Shown piece by piece: positions 24,118 through 39,706 of a stretch of DNA of 64,000 bases. A program made the translations under genes and the position numbers. Under the pieces are notes generated by a model, which saw only the letters and a program-made list of their open reading frames with translations, ran no database searches and was not told the origin of the DNA. Position 1 is the first letter of the stretch; each line of letters begins with the position of its first letter. Origin of the DNA: Takakia lepidozioides (taxonomy: Eukaryota; Plantae; Bryophyta); the NCBI GenBank assembly GCA_030704615.1, contig CM060731.1, positions 63,736,001 to 63,800,000 of the forward strand. Reading direction: 5' to 3'.

Positions 24118-27100
24118 TTACACATTTCGCGAAATCACATCTTCAAACTGGTCCAACAGATCCCCACCGGATGTGCTGCTACCACCCATGATGTCCTCAG
24201 CCTGCTTGCTACTGTACATGTCGATATAGCGCCGTTGTTTCGAGCCAGGTGAAGTTTGGACAGCAGCCTTGTGCTTGGGAGACGTAATGGGAAGGAGAGA
24301 GAGAAGAACTTGCGAGACATCATACATGGAGGGTCGTGCAGTAGGTGACTGTTTGGTACACAGCAGAGCCAATTTTAACGCCTTCTCTAAAGAATCCATA
24401 TCTGGGCATGTACCTCTAACTTGGGGATCTATGGCAGCCAACCAAATATTATTGTCGATCTTTGACCTCACCTGCAGGAAACCAACCCTTATCAGCACCA
24501 GCATTTGACACTTTTAACATCTACAATACACAGCTGCCAATCTCCCGGCACTTTCATCTCCAGATTTTCTTCCCCATTTCCGATGCATGAATCTTGAAGG
24601 AACCATATTGAGAGGCACATACCCAATCAAGCAAGTTTACTTCATCCTCCACAGCCTTTTTGCCCATGAGAAGCTCCAGGAGAACAATTCCAAAGCTGTA
24701 GACATCTGATTTCTCATTCAGCCGAGATGTCTGAGCATACTCTGGGTCAATGTAGCCAATGGTGCCCAATACGTAAGTCGAAGTATGTGTTCTAGCTGGC
24801 TGGATGTTCTTGGCAATGCCGAAGTCTGCTAATTGCGCCTCCATGTTTGAATCCAGGAGTATGTTGCATGATTTGACATCTCGATGGACCACTTGTGGGT
24901 TGCAATCATTGTGCAGGTAAGCGAGTCCCTGCGCAGCTCCCAATGCAATCTTGAGCCTTGTGATCCAGTCTAGCTTGATTTTCTTGATTTGCCCTGCCAG
25001 ACAGAAGACTACATGAGTGAGCCATTTCTAGGTCCTGGTACACTCTAATCAATCTTTTACCTTTCAGACATGGCTATTCTGATGTGTCTGTCACACAAAG
25101 ATTAGCAAAGCAAAACAAACAGTTATCAAGTATTTCTTGGACTAATGTTACCCTTCTCTCCCAAACCACCTCTTCAGAGAAGGCAATTACCATGGAGAAG
25201 ATCATACAAGCTGCCGTTCTCCATGAAGTCATAGAAAAGGAAATTGCCGGCTGAAGACATGGAATAGCCACAAAGACTGACAATATTCCTGTGCTTGATT
25301 TTTCCAAGTGTCTTCAACTCTGTCTCAAATTCATGGATGTTCTGAGGGTAGTAGTTGAAAAGCTTCTTGATTGCAATAGAGTGTCCATTCTTCAGGGTGC
25401 ACTTGTACACTGTACTGGAACCTCCCCGTCCCACTACATACTTCTCACTTAGATTCTCTGTGATGCGCATCATCTCCTCGTATGTCTGAGGGGCCATGCC
25501 CAAATGAAATGATACCATAGTTGGTGGCCCTGCCCACACACAAAGCCATTGCTGTAATGAGATTATAGCTATTAGGTCTATGTCTAAACGGTCATTGAGG
25601 TCAGGGTCGCGAAATATTCAGACTGGTTGGGTATGCTTGAACTTGATAATTTCTGTCAAGTTGAATGTTTGCACCTCTAAGCAAGGAAGACATTGACAAC
25701 TTTTTGAGTGTAGCTATGATGCAAAAATAATGAAAGCAAACTATATCTTTACAATTCCAACAAATCAGGATTCAGCAAACATCTGGTACCTTGTGATGTT
25801 TTGTTGGAGGCTTTCATAAATGCCCGAGGTTGGGTATAGCGAATCGCTCCAAATATTATGAGAGCGAGCAAGCAAATTGCAGAGATTGCAATGCCCCATG
25901 TAGCAGATGCTCCTAATGTACCTGTGGTACAAGTCACTTAGATAAGGTTGAACCACTTAACTAAACTTCACAGAAGTTAAAATCGAACACTACAAGTGGT
26001 AAACTTGCCAACAAAATGTTGATTTCTGTTTGGTTAAGCAGGCAGTATATACAATGGTCATGCTTTCTACTTTGGTCATTCTCTAGATTCGCATCTCAAT
26101 ACAAACTTATGCACCTTTACTTAACCCAATCTTGTTCAAGCAACTCTACCATGTTAACACCAAGATGCTGTTCAAAGAAAACTGGAATCTTAGGTATATG
26201 AGGAGTGTGGAGGCATACCATTGCTTGAGCCAGAGGATTGCTTCAGGCCTGTCTGGCACACATTACTGCTAGATGCACATAGCTCTGGATTCCCTACAAA
26301 GCTGGTCATCACGATGCTGAGTGTCAACTTATGAGCCAAGTATTACCATGTTTTTTTCCATCTAGAGGTGTAAAGAATGCCCAATATAGCCAAATTTGTA
26401 AGGATTAATGGAGACCGAAACCACCAATACATGCTAGGTTAGTTGCAACATATATCAGAATACATGAGAATATATGATCCTGAAGTACTGCGATCATCAG
26501 AGTTTTATCACTATGGTAACCACATCCATACAAGACTTCTCGGGAATTTGGAGTATATGCATGCGGCCGAAGAAACAAACCTGCTGGGTGGGAACCTTGA
26601 GAAGTTTTGGGCAGAAGGGATTGGGCCTGATAACTTGTTGAATGACAAATTCCTGCAATTTGCATCTCCAGCTTGTCAAAACCCCCCTTTGATAGATTCA
26701 ACAAGTATCGATACGACGTATCGATTGACCATCTTCTGGTGGCTTGAACATACTCTAAAGAAAGCCAAAAAAATCATTCTTGAAGCAGGGACTTACAATA
26801 ACTTCAGGCTGAAGCAGTCTTCAAGTTCCACAGGAATTTCACCAGATAAACTATTGTTGCTCAAGTTCCTGTAAGTAGTGACATTCGTCAATAAGTTGTG
26901 CATATGTCAACATACTGGAAACATCTACAAGTCACAGCTGGCAGCAAAGAAAATAAAACTAGAGCAACTTACAGCAAGTTCAGTTCCTGAAGCTGGCCAA
27001 GTTCTGGAGGTATTGCCCCATATAGCATGTTGTGTGACAGATCTCTGCCACACAGAAGAATGCTAAGTCAAGAGAATGGAATACACATTAGTGACACATA

Positions 27101-30100
27101 AGATAGCACAGAAAAGGCAGAGCTGTACCCCAACCATCCACAATCCTGCAGCAGTAATGGCCCTCCCCATGGCAGTTATACAAATGTCTGATAAGGAATG
27201 GGCAAATAGAGTGGTCCAAGGCAAAAGCTCACACTGAGTTGAGACTTGTCAAGTTGCCAATATCAGTTGGAATCTGGCTGCTAAGCTTGTTTCCATGTAG
27301 GTCTCTGTGAAGGGAAGCCAAAGTCGATACGGGTAAGGACATTTTACAATCTTACATTGCCAAGCAGCATACTTTACACACTTATAACTAGAACTCAAAG
27401 GCCTCAAAGCTCAATTCACTTGCTCACTCTTATTTTCCTCATTCTATGAGGAAGGGCAATGGGTCTTACTGACATTGACGTGGTGCACGTTTTGCCTAGA
27501 CATAGGACTCTCTTACATCACAATTACTTTAGATTCCAATAAATGCCATTAAGCGAGACCTACTAATGAAATGAGAGCATTAACCTGCAAAACAATAGAA
27601 CCAACAGAGAGCCCTCCCCACAGATATGAAATACCAGGACTGAACAAACCTAGGCAAAGGGGAACAGGCAAAGCATATGTGAAGAAAAGGTAGGTGGAAA
27701 AGTAAAACTCACAAGGTGAGCAGATGTTCAAGGCTGCCAAGTGAGGAAGGTATGGGTCCACTGAGGTTGTTGTTGGACAGATCCCTACCAAGAAACATGG
27801 ATTAGGAGGCAACCAAACAAGATGTGAACAATTGGATCTGAAAGTTGAGCCTGAGACAGAGAAGACCTTCAATTAGAAATGAGAGTTTGGTAGTTTGGTA
27901 GTTGACTCACAAATGATCAAGATTGAAAATCATTCCGATCTCCTCTGGAATACTTCCACTGAAAACATTGGATGACAGATTCCTGACATCAGAGGATCAT
28001 GACATTAGTTGAGCTGTACAACTATGGCATTGGCAATGGAGCCTGTGGTTTTGAAAAAGCAATCCTTGAAAGTTGGTATATTCTAGCTTTGAAGCAGACA
28101 AATCTAACAGAGGTCACTCTTACTTGAGGTAACTTCTTCCACAGAGACCTGGTAGCATCTACGGACATGCAACATTTGTCAATCAGTCACTTACAGAGTG
28201 GTGAGGTTGGTCAGCTTCTCAAGCTCTGGGGGAATACTTCCATTAAGATGGTTGTCATTCAATTCCCTGAGAAACAACGTACCTCCTTATAATTAGGTCG
28301 CAGACACAACCAACATGTACATATGCGTATCCATGCCTCTAATAGCTGCCCACAAAAACAAGACATACTCGGTTATAACTGATCGACAACGACAGATGTT
28401 CACAGTACACCTGTTTGGCTCATTCATTGTGAAGTTAACAAAGTTGCGTCTTACATGACATTCAGTGCAGCAAGAGAGCTGATATTTTCTGGAATTGGGC
28501 CTGAAAGTTGATTCTCTGACAGATTCCTGCACAAATGTACACCGTTTAGTCCATGCATATACAGCCTTCAATTAGATCTTAACAGCTAGATGACTAGAAA
28601 GTCATTAAAGGAACAACCAAACCACAGCACTTGGGAGTTAAGGAGTCAGGCTCACAATTCAAACAAATCAGTCAGATAGCTCAACTCCGCAGGTATCTCT
28701 CCTGTCAAATTGTTTCTGTCAAGTTCCCTACACCACACATCAAGCAACATGTCAAGGTGCATTCCTTAGAATTTCCAACAACCAAGGCAGACAAGTAAGA
28801 ATGGGAAAGTTCTAGTGCAAAGGTCTGAACCAACCAACTCATGAACTAAAAAGAAACTGCTAGATGGATGCTCTTTTTTCATTAAGATGTCCTTTGACTA
28901 TAAGACACTGCAGCACCATATTCAAGATGGCAAAGAGAATGTGAATCCTACAGGTAATTCAACTTTGTCAAGTTCCCAAATTCTGTAGGAATTGGTCCTG
29001 TGAGGAGATTGTTATACAAGTACCTGCAAAGAACATGCAAAGGCAGCCATTCAGTAAGAAGTCACTGCAGTGCAACTTGGGAGTACAGTGAAAGAAACTT
29101 AGGCATTCATTAACTCTGAATGAAGTGCATAATTTGAAAGTCAGAAAAGGATAGGAAATATAACATCCACAGGAAGCTGAAAGAGAGAAATACAGTGGAA
29201 TCTCCCTGTCCAGGCCTACAAGAACACACATTCGCATGACACTCTTCACATAAACAAGACTAGGGTGTCACAGGCTGATTGCTACAAAAGCTGGTGGCCT
29301 TCACCATGTTCATTGCTCTGAAACTTACAGTTTAGTAACAGATGTGAGGTTTCCAAGTATCGGAGGTATGGGCCCTTCCAGCTGGTTACCACTGAGATCA
29401 CTGCAAAAAAAAATCATGCAATGCTAACTTATGACTCTCTTCTGTCCACCTCACATGGACATAAGCAACTTTGATAATCAGCACCTTGCTGCGTGCATCA
29501 CTGATGTATACCTAAGCGCAACTATACATCAATTCTACAGTGTCCAGGTGCCCTTATGGCCCTTTCGCGACATAACCCAAAAAATCATCACTGATGTATA
29601 CCGAAGCAACTATACATCAATTCTACAGTGTCCAGGTGCCCTTATGGCCCTTCCGCGACATAACCCAAAAAATCATATGCCGAATGACATGCCAAACACA
29701 CCTATCATCCAGATCAAACAACATGAGCTGCAAAGTATGCACTGCATAGAACATGAGCTATATAGGACTCACAGAATCACAAGAGCTTGCATGAGACCAA
29801 TCACATCCGGAATCCTGCCAGAAAACCTATTGCCCTCCAATGACCTGTCAGACCAAATCAGGATCCAGTAAGTGCTGTGTTCAAATGAAATAAATGCAGA
29901 CCAAACCACATTTTTAACAGCATCTTGTGAGCACTTTTATGGAAAAGGAAAATTACTTGTGTAAAATCTTAAAATCTTTGTAAGACAAGCATGTAGTAAG
30001 CAACAAAGCTAACAGAGGCCTGGAGAGGAGACACTTACAAGGTGCTCACTTGAAGATAGCCAATATTGTATGGAATCTCCCCAGTCAAGTCATTGTAGCT

Positions 30101-33100
30101 TAGATCCCTGCACCAAAAAGAAACTAGCATTATCTAACCAAAATTCTTAGAACACCACAGTTGTAAAGCTAACACAAAATACACAGCTAGGGTATACAAT
30201 GGGAAAGGACAAAGGACCCACAGTATCTGGAAAGATGTGCAATTTCCAATGCCGTCCGGTATTGGTCCAGTAAGATTATTATCTCGGACATTGCTGCAGG
30301 TACACAGAAAAATCAAGAGTCAGTACCATATCTGCCCTCAAGGAGATGTAAGGTGCTAGAATATGACAAGCTTCAAAGATGTACTACATGAAGTCATGAG
30401 GATTCACTGCTGCACAGGACTCTGCATTATGAGCCAGTGATGTGTAGTTCTAAAGACTGATTATAAGGAAAACCAGAATGCTCTCCAGGTCTCCTCATGA
30501 AAGCAGCAAACCCAAAAGCCCACGCTTACAAGTAGGAGAGCTCTGTCAGTTGACACATGTCAGAAGACAATCCTCCTGTGAAATGATTTGCTTTCAACAT
30601 TCTGCAAGATGCATTAGGTCAGAACAGGACATTAAAGAAGGAAAGGGAAGCGGCTTAACCACTGAAACCAACACAAAAGGTTGCATTCAAGCTAAGAACT
30701 TCTGATCTTCTAGGAGTCCTCCTCAGTGAGGAACATGTTGCTCTTGTCCAGTAAGAGAATCTGTGACCTCCTCAAAGATCGTATGAAATACTATGCACAT
30801 TGTATCAAAGGAAGTTGTAAAAGCTGACATTTCAGAAGTTTTAATATTTCAGCCTTCCAATGGGAGATAGCCATTACTCTTCCCAACACATCTACAGAAA
30901 TCAAGACACTAGCTGGACTCAAGCTGAACTGCAGAACATCGACAACCAGAGCCAAACAACATATCCAATATGGCTAGATGCTTACAGATATTGCAGGGAC
31001 TCGCTCCAATAAATTAAGGAAGGTATGGAACCCGATAGGTGATTGTACTGCATGTCTCTGAACAGAAACATCCAAAATCACATTATTTGAAGGTATCAAA
31101 TGATATCCATCATATTTGATGGCAATAGATTGACTGCTCCAGAAACAGCAGGTATCATGCCAGGATGCTGAACACTGAAGAAACAGAGCTCTGTTCTTTC
31201 ATGGCATTACACAGTTGCATGTACTGTCAGTCTCAATGAGTTCAAGCAGGCTGAACAGTGGGGGGATGCTTACAGGTGTCTTAAGTTTGAAAGACCTGCG
31301 AAGGAGGATGGTATAGGTCCAGTGAGCTGATTCATCCTCAGGTCCCTACAAGAACCCACAGGGCCATATTCATGAGCTGATCCCAGTTGATAACTATTAT
31401 TGCCAAAAGAAGAATTTTATCAAAAAATAGTACTAAAATGAAAGACATGGCAGGAAGGTGCTACTTTGAGCAAACCTTCATTTGCTGCACTCAACTCACC
31501 TCTAGCACCACATTGCACAAACCTAATACAAGTGATAGTACATATGCATGGATACACTTGTAAGTATCTAGATATCTCCATACAGATGATTCAAGGTAGC
31601 CAAAGAAGAAGTCATGAGAAGATTCAATCTCTGGTTAGAACAACTTTCAGAAGAACACCAGAAATGGCAAAGAAAACAAAAACAGGGAAGAAAAAAGAAA
31701 CAAAAAGGACCGATACACACGGACACAAAACAACAACCAGTAACACTGATTTGTCATGGACCTGTGAACTAAGAATTGCAATACCATGACAATACTGCTC
31801 AATGGCAGGACAGTGACTGCCCACAATAGTTGAGAACATAATAACTTACAAGACCTCAAGCTGTTGCAGTTGGGACATGACGTAAGGAATTTCACCAGTC
31901 AGAGCATTCCCCGATAGATCTCTGTCAAGCAATCCCACCCACCACTAGGCATCAGGGCTATTTCCATTACAGACAGACTGTAGGACTCCCAACTTCACCA
32001 AATGGCCAAGTCACTCCAGGAAAGTATTTACCCGATAGACAATGAGAGTAACACGCACCACAACAAAGCCTATCCTCAGAATAATTTTGAAGAGTAGTCT
32101 AAGGTGCTTTGTTCGTTGATTTTGACTGAACTAGAATGCAGGTCGACTGCATGGTGGACAAAGAAAACAGGAAATCAAAAATTATTGATAACTTAAGAGA
32201 GAACTGTGTTTTGAGTCACTAAAATCAGCCTTCAAGGTGTGTGGAACTGCAAATGAAATTGGGCTTGAAGGTACCAAGACAAAAGGGTCCAAAACTTACA
32301 GGGTAGTAAGACTTGTGCAGTTGCTGATCTCTGTTGGGATCTGTCCAGAAATATTATTCTCACTGAAGTCCCTGCAAGTTCAAGCGTTGTCCGTTATGAA
32401 AGTTTTCCATATCATTCTCAAAGCACCTCCAATAATGTTATTCTGGTGCCAAAACTACTTGATTCATAACAAGTGGGTTCAATACTCCAGGAAGTCCGTT
32501 CGTGCAAGAACTCAAAAAACGTTCCAGTTGAAGCTGTGCCTATTTGACAAGCGAGCACTGCTTTTCAGATGGAAAGCTTTTTATGGCTTCAACAAACTAT
32601 TGGTAAAGTGCAGATACCACAGCTCACTCACAACGTTTGGAGACTGCGCAATTTGCCTATCGATGGAGAGATCTCTCCCGTGAGAGTAAGCTGTGACAGA
32701 TTCCTGTGACATGAAGACCCAGATTAGGAGGACCCGTTGTCGTGACTAGAACAGGACAATGCTCATTACTCGCAAAATAATTAGCTGGCCTTAGTAAGCA
32801 TGCCTTAGCTCCAGTGTCAAAGTTTAGGATCTTCTGGTACAATAGTGCTATCGGAGATATGCACTGCTTCATTACGATATGCATTGTATAGAGGTCTCCT
32901 TAAAGGTGGTGGAGTTTGCCATGAAGTAGCAGTAAGCTTAAGACGCCATATTGAGAGGCATACCTAGAGTGTTACTTGATATCCGTTTACTTTATTTGAC
33001 CTGCGGCACTGTATAGAAAAGTAGGGGGTCTATGTGATTTTCGAAACACTTACAGGCTTGTTACTTGGTAGGTGACATTGTCGCATGTCACACCTCTCCA

Positions 33101-33357
33101 CAGACATGGAGACTGACTGCCCTCCGTCCAATCGTAAAGCTCATTGTCACCATCCGTAAAGGCCTTTTTTATTTCCATCAAGGCGCTGACTGCCAGACAC
33201 GTCGTGGAGAAATTGATGACCAAGTCAGGCATCCCAAACTTACCAAGCAGACACAGAAATAGAAAGCGAGCGACTTCCCTCCGTCCACCGTAAGCTCTAA
33301 GAGTTAATGGGACGAAAAGTAGAAGATGATAAGGACAGTTGGCTTCCCCACGACCAT
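24118..33357 (-). CDS. ERL: ERECTA-family LRR receptor-like kinase, ~27 exons; start codon not resolved
   Basis: LRRNT exon ([20 protein letters not shown]); about 20 one-LRR exons of ~72 bp (e.g. [47 protein letters not shown]); FVGNPELC; TM exon; juxtamembrane [29 protein letters not shown]; kinase [37 protein letters not shown]; C-terminal FEDVISRNV*. Confidence 0.93.
29496..29676. repeat. Intronic tandem duplication (~90 bp x2)
   Basis: catcactgatgtatacc...gcgacataacccaaaaaat repeated from 29496 and 29586. Confidence 0.9.
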
Positions 33358-34918
33358 ATCACTCACTGCCCTTCGTCCGGAGAAACTCTAATTCTGAGAT
33401 GTGCGTGCACACTGCACACGGTCGATGACGGAAGTCACCAGACAGTCAGCGCTTGAAACAACTCAAAAACGAGAAGGGTTTCAATTTAACACCTTGCCAT
33501 ATGCGGAACCGTATAAGGGATAAACAGAAAAAGTGTCCAGTAATATTGCAGGATCAACTGAAACTGATCCCTTTGTTTACGAACTGTCGCTTGATTGCTG
33601 GCATAAGCACGTACCTAGAAAAACTGCAAGTTAATTTCTGTCAAAGTCGGTCATACTGAGCTCTATCCTCATGATCCCTCAACAACGAAGGCTTAGCATA
33701 GCTTTGCAAACAGTGTTAACGATCAGTGTTGGTCGAGGGCTCGCAGTGGTATGGTAGACGGGACGAGGACATTGAGCGTCTTTGCTAATGTGGACCTTTC
33801 ATTTTCCTCCATCCTCCTCGCCTTTCTAGTACCATCATCATCGTACAGACCGACACCGTCTTGAATTATTTCTGAGATCTTAATGCGCAGCTTAAGCCTC
33901 AGAATATAATTGTGGCATTTAGAGAACTACCGGTGGTCTCATTCAAGATGAATGGTAGAACGTAGATTGCGTCATTCCGAAAAAGGGGCAAGCGGACTGC
34001 GTGTTAATGCAGGCATTGTATAGAGAAACCTTCACCAGAGACATCCGACAATGCATTCGAATAGGAAAGTGATCTTGAGAATGGGTTGACGGTATTGTTA
34101 GGTAAGAAAGCTAATTGTACGTGACTTTCTGCCAAGGTCAGGGACGTTCCACAACACATAAATCTTAACATGCAGAATCGCTTCACTCGGCGGGACGAAG
34201 AGCGGAGCTCTGAGCGTTCCTCAGCCAAAAAGACGATTCCAGCCAAGAGGAGCTATAAACGAAGAGAAAGGGAACGGGGAGAAGGGCCCCTCACCTTCAT
34301 CCGCCAAAGACACAGCTGAACACAATGAGCTCCACGGCGCAAACGTAAAGAGAAGGACGCAAAACAACAGCGACATGCGAGGCCTTCCTGCCATTGTTAA
34401 AAGCTCTTCGGTCGACTTGGCAGCTCCAAGTTTTCCGACAGTTCACCTGCACCTTTCTCGTTCACTCCTAAACCGCATTTGTAAATTGGTTCGCTTTGCA
34501 AGTTTGCATTCCCGATACTGTGTCGTCCTCGCGGACCCCTTCTCGCTCAGAAAAGTGTGGCCTTTGGCTCGTCGGGTGGGGTTGAAAGGGAAAAACAAAC
34601 GCCACTATAAAAATGTAGTCTGCAGGTGAGAAACGGCACTGCCACGACGGCTATCTATGAAGCCATTATGGAGCGAAAAGGAATAGAAACACACAGCTGC
34701 ACAGGTAACTACCAAGCTGTTCCGAGAGCGGGCAAAGACCGCACATTCCATAAACCGCGATGGAAGCACAAATTTAATAAGTAGGAGTCCACAAGATAGT
34801 CGAGTGGGAGAGGAAAGGTTGACATCTACAGCAATGCCGGGTGGAGAAACAAACATACAGTTGAAGAGCTACGTCGACAGAAGAATAGAGCAAGGAAAAG
34901 GACCAAACAGTGTAGAAG

Positions 34919-35070
34919 ACAAACAATGCTACAAATGTAGGTATCGAGAACGGAGCGGTCAGCAGTGATTGATAACGCAGACGAATAGTGTAGAAGCCAA
35001 ACAATGCTACAAATGCAGGTCTCGAGAGCGGAGCGGTAACAACGTTAGCAGTGATTGATAACGCAGACGA
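34919..35070. repeat. Short imperfect tandem duplication upstream of the ERECTA-like gene
   Basis: caatgctacaaatg..ggagcggt..gcagtgattgataacgcagacga occurs twice. Confidence 0.75.
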
Positions 35071-38000
35071 TGATGGAAGCTAGGGAATGAGCATGACAAA
35101 CATGCGCAGTGTCGGATGACTGGAACAGCCAGCCGCGGAGGAGGACCTTCAACACGGGATGAAAGAAACTGATGCACCAGTGCAACAGATTTCCACACAA
35201 TAATGTGCCAACATTAGCGTGCAGCACTGTCAACTATAAGCAGCCTCGCAAACCCCTGCCAGCCACGTCCAGCTAGAAGACAGAGAAGAAAGAGAGAGAC
35301 GGAGTGGCGGGCATGATGATGGACGCTCGCTCGAGCGCTGCAAGGCAGCGCAGCGGGTGGCTAGCGAGCACGCCGGCCTAGCCCCGCCTGTTCTCGCACG
35401 CGCCACACTCCACTCCCGCCGCCGCTGGCCCCAAATTGACGTAAAAGGTGATCGCAACAAAGGTGATCCTGACATTTCATCAACCTAGGTCCTACACCGT
35501 CCTCTCGCCATGGACCCTTATATCGGGCTCCTGCAATCCAGCAAGGCAACAGGAAATCCCCGAAAAAGAGGTCCGGCAGAAGTTGACCGCAGGACGTGCG
35601 CGCAGGAGGGCGCGCGGAACATGACGCTACGGAGGTACTGGAGTGAAAACGGAGAGTTACCGCGGGGTTGGTGATGAGTAACTGTGACGTGTCCTGCGCG
35701 CTCACAGTTTACTGCCGTAACTTCCAGGACACGTAAATATAAAGGCGGCGGTTGTGGGCACTCGAAGCCGTGTAATAATTCCCGCCACTCCCTCCCCATT
35801 ATTTCCCCCCCCCACACCCCCTCTAATTATTATTACCCTACCCTCATTTTCCCCTAATTATCACCCTACCCTAACCTCCAAATCCATTTCGTCCCACTCT
35901 TTTCCTCGCCCAGTTCCGGGTTCAACCCCGTTTGAGCCCCCGTTGCCGGCTTACATCCGCGGGATGAAACACTGCATGGTTAGTTCGTCCGCTCGAACGG
36001 ATGTCGCCTACAGTGGGGGTCCTCGACGAATGAAGTTTTCCATTCCTCCACTATGGATGTGATAGCGGACTTCATCCGTCCAATCTGACTGAATTGCGGG
36101 AAAGAGTCGTAGAGGAGGATGAAAAGAGGGCGTGGATGAATGAGGTAGTACATGGGCAGGACGGGACAGTCTAACGGTTTGGGAAGAGCAGCAGGATAGA
36201 CGGCACGGGGGCTATCACTGCAGTCTTCAGGGCTGTACGCGTTCCATCACGCTTCTCGTCTCGCACCTTTATTGCTTTCTCTTACAGTTTTGAATTGTAT
36301 GGTGGTTTCCTGGTACGAGGGGATGGGATCGAGTAAAGAGGCGTGGATTTACATATGAAACCGTAAAGGAGCTGGATTGGTGAGCGGAGATGGGGAGCAG
36401 TAGCTTGGGGAGGAGTGAGATGTGGGTGAAGTACGACCTGCAAGGTCAGTGGAGGTAGTTTAGCAGTTCATCTTGTCAGAAGTGATGACAGGTTTGTGCG
36501 CGAAGTTGGAAGTTGGGCAACTGTTTGATGGGAAGCGATGGCAGGGAGATTGGAGGAAGAGGTAGCAGAGAGAAGGCATCTTGCATGCTGCAAACAAGCT
36601 GGTGATTCCCTCCCACTTTACTTCCCACACATATGGTAAGCTGACACAGCGTCTCGCCTTGGACAAAGAACTTGGGTTTCGAAGTGTGGGACAGAGGGTT
36701 AACTTACTTGACAGCAGGGCGGAGGAGGGGATTGCAAAAAAGCTGGAAAGAGATGATAGCCAAAGAGGGAAGCTTTTGGGTGGACAGCTATGGCCGATCT
36801 GGCCCAACTGCATGCCGGACACACTCTCCTAAAAAGCTTCCTCGCTTATTGCTGTTGGAAGCCTGGATGCAGCGCAGGCTGCCATGGATTATTCTCTCTG
36901 CGATGTAGAGAGCAAATCATTCTCTCAGAGCTATTATGGCATCACACTTCCAAAGCGCATATAAATCACCGACCGTCCTCCTCTCCTGTGCCTAACCCAT
37001 AAATCACATGCTTAACGTCTAGAGTTTTATAATGCCCTTTTGGTAGCCGACAGGCTAGCCAGCAGGACATCATTTCATGCAGAAAAAAAAACTAGTGGTG
37101 GTGATGATGAAGACAATGATGATGGAAGAAGCAAATGTAGCTAGCTGGTTTTTGCTAGGTACTAGCTAGGTAGGTAATCTGGAGGTAAGGTGCCAGGATT
37201 CTTGCTTCTGCACTATCAGTCTGAGAGAAGCCGGATATCCAGGTTCTTCACCACGCATTTCAAAACCCCAGATGTCCGCATTCAACTTGTGAGAGCCCAC
37301 CACATCCAAACACAAATGTATCCCTTCATATTATAATCTATTCTCATACTCGGTCTAGCCACAGGAACTGAGCTGCACCAGTTCTCTAGAAAAAGTTGGG
37401 TGGCGAACTACCTACATTCTCGCTCTGACACACAAATAGTTGGCAAAACCGTTGCGAAACTCAAAACAAATCCTCAACTGCACCATAAAGCCCCCCTGAA
37501 GAGCCTGCGCAGCATGTCAGCGTACTCCCGTAAAACCCACCAGTCGCCATCGACGTGGGGATGGGCCGCACACCCTCTCTTCAGACCCTCACATCGACGC
37601 CATCACTCCGATGAATGAGGGAGCAGCTCTCCAAGCAAATCTCCTTCCACAATCTTCAAGGCAGATCGCACTCATCACCACCATCATTGAATCTGCCTAA
37701 ATTTAAGACCATTGTGCAACACCCAGCTTTCCGAATTCCACCCACAAAAGCTTCATACGATCTATCTGCCAAATCGAGCAAACGACAATGCCCAAATCGA
37801 AAGCGAAAAAACAACATATCTACGATCACCGGGACCAACATGGTCAATCAAGTACCTCGGTCTTAATTAAGCCAGTCCATACAATGATATTCTCCGAAGA
37901 GACGGGACCCACATTATTACATGATGTCTGTAACTTATTGAATGTGATGATTCCGCGTTTGCTGCGGTTGTATTAATGCACCACGATATTGTAGTCTTTG

Positions 38001-39706
38001 TACGCAAATTTGGATCTGCGTTGGAAAACCCACAAGTTCATCGATCTCCTCATCCGGGAGTCAAGCTCGCAGTTCAAAGATGCAGAAGTTGGGTCAAAGA
38101 GTTGCTTGAATTTAATAAGACGAGATTCATCGTCGCCGTCAGAGATTTGGACGGTTTTACCGTGGTACTTTCCGATAGACACATACAGTTTACGAGCTCA
38201 GTTTTCTACTGATTAGTGCATTAAACACAGTTACGGTGAGCTTGTTAGGCCACTGATCTCATTGTTGGAGGCAGACCCGCTTTCTCTCGAGTCTCACCAT
38301 TTCATTTCATTTCTCACCTGGAAATTGACAACCTGCTGGCCTGCCGACCTTTACATCACTTGAAGCCTGCATGATTCCCTCAGTCACTCATCAGTCTGCT
38401 CTTGTGAAGAAAACTCCAAACCATAGCTGGCAAACGTTAATCGCTTTGAAAACGACGACATGATTGGGAAAACTCCAGAGTTGTTTAGAGTAGTTTAAAG
38501 AATTTAGAAAGCCCGCAAGTCCAAACTTGATGTTGGGAGGAAGGAAAGCATTTTAAAATGAAGGCACAGGTTGGTAATTATTGAAGGAACGAGATAGCAG
38601 GAGGGACTAGTGGCAGGCAACTCAATTTTGGAATCACTGTCACAGTCTGGTAATAGGCAGACAGTGGGTTCTTGAAAAGAACCAGATGATCCTTAATTTA
38701 GCTTCCACATTTGTTTCTCACACTCGAGCTCAGAAGGGGTGGGCACCCACTCTACCTTCCCACCACAGCTTATCTATTTACTTAGCAGCAGGACTTGAAG
38801 GCAAAAGTGGCACACAATCCCAAGTGTCAGTTGTTTCAGTGTGAAGATCATTCCATCAATCTGGATTTATGACAGCTGCTTTAATTTCTGCCATACCTCA
38901 AATTCTGGTTCAGACAATGACATACCCATCATTGCTTTGCCACACCACCTGCTACTTGCCGCATTTAGTTACCAACATAGCTCTCCTTTGTCGTGCTGAT
39001 AAATGAGTTAACTCATCAAAATTGCCATCCCCGGGGCCCGTTTTAAGGGGGCCTCTGAACTTGGGCTCGTAACTCGTAACCTTCGGCTTCAATGGTTGGG
39101 AACTATAACATAAACACCAAACTTAAAGGCACAGAGTATTTATGCCAGTTCCTTCTCAGATAACAAAGGGAACAGGCAGCAAATGTGAGGAGAAACCGAT
39201 TGATTCAGTTTTTGGGATCCAAGTACTGCTTTCCAAAACTCACCTACAGCATTTGGTGTCAGGAGAAGTGCTCATTCTGAGCAAGTTTGAATCAAGAACG
39301 CACAACTGAAAACTTCATTGTTTATTTACAAGAACATAGCTCAACTGTCCGGCTCTTCATAATGGTGGATTGGATAGATGTAAAGCTTCTCTGGCTCATG
39401 GCGAGAGCAAAAGTTAGGTGTAAATGCTAACCCACATACTGGACACTCCTCTTGCAAACAAAATCTTAGTCTACCAAGGCTTCCTGTTTTTAGGGGATCT
39501 GCTGGTTGGAATAAACCTACCAACTCTGTTGCTGCACTTCAGGGCTCCTGAGTCCTGTTCCATGCAGCTCACAGGAAGCAAAATATTGACAGTCGCATAT
39601 CATGGTACAAATTGTTTCTTTCAGCTTTATTATTCTTAACAAACTGGATAATTCATAGTCTTTCTACCCTCACATTTGAAGCCACGCAGTTTGAATGTTG
39701 CTCATT

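Noticed and set aside
36400-38220. Possible decayed gene (F-box-like hints)
   Set aside because: Motif resemblance too weak and frames too short.
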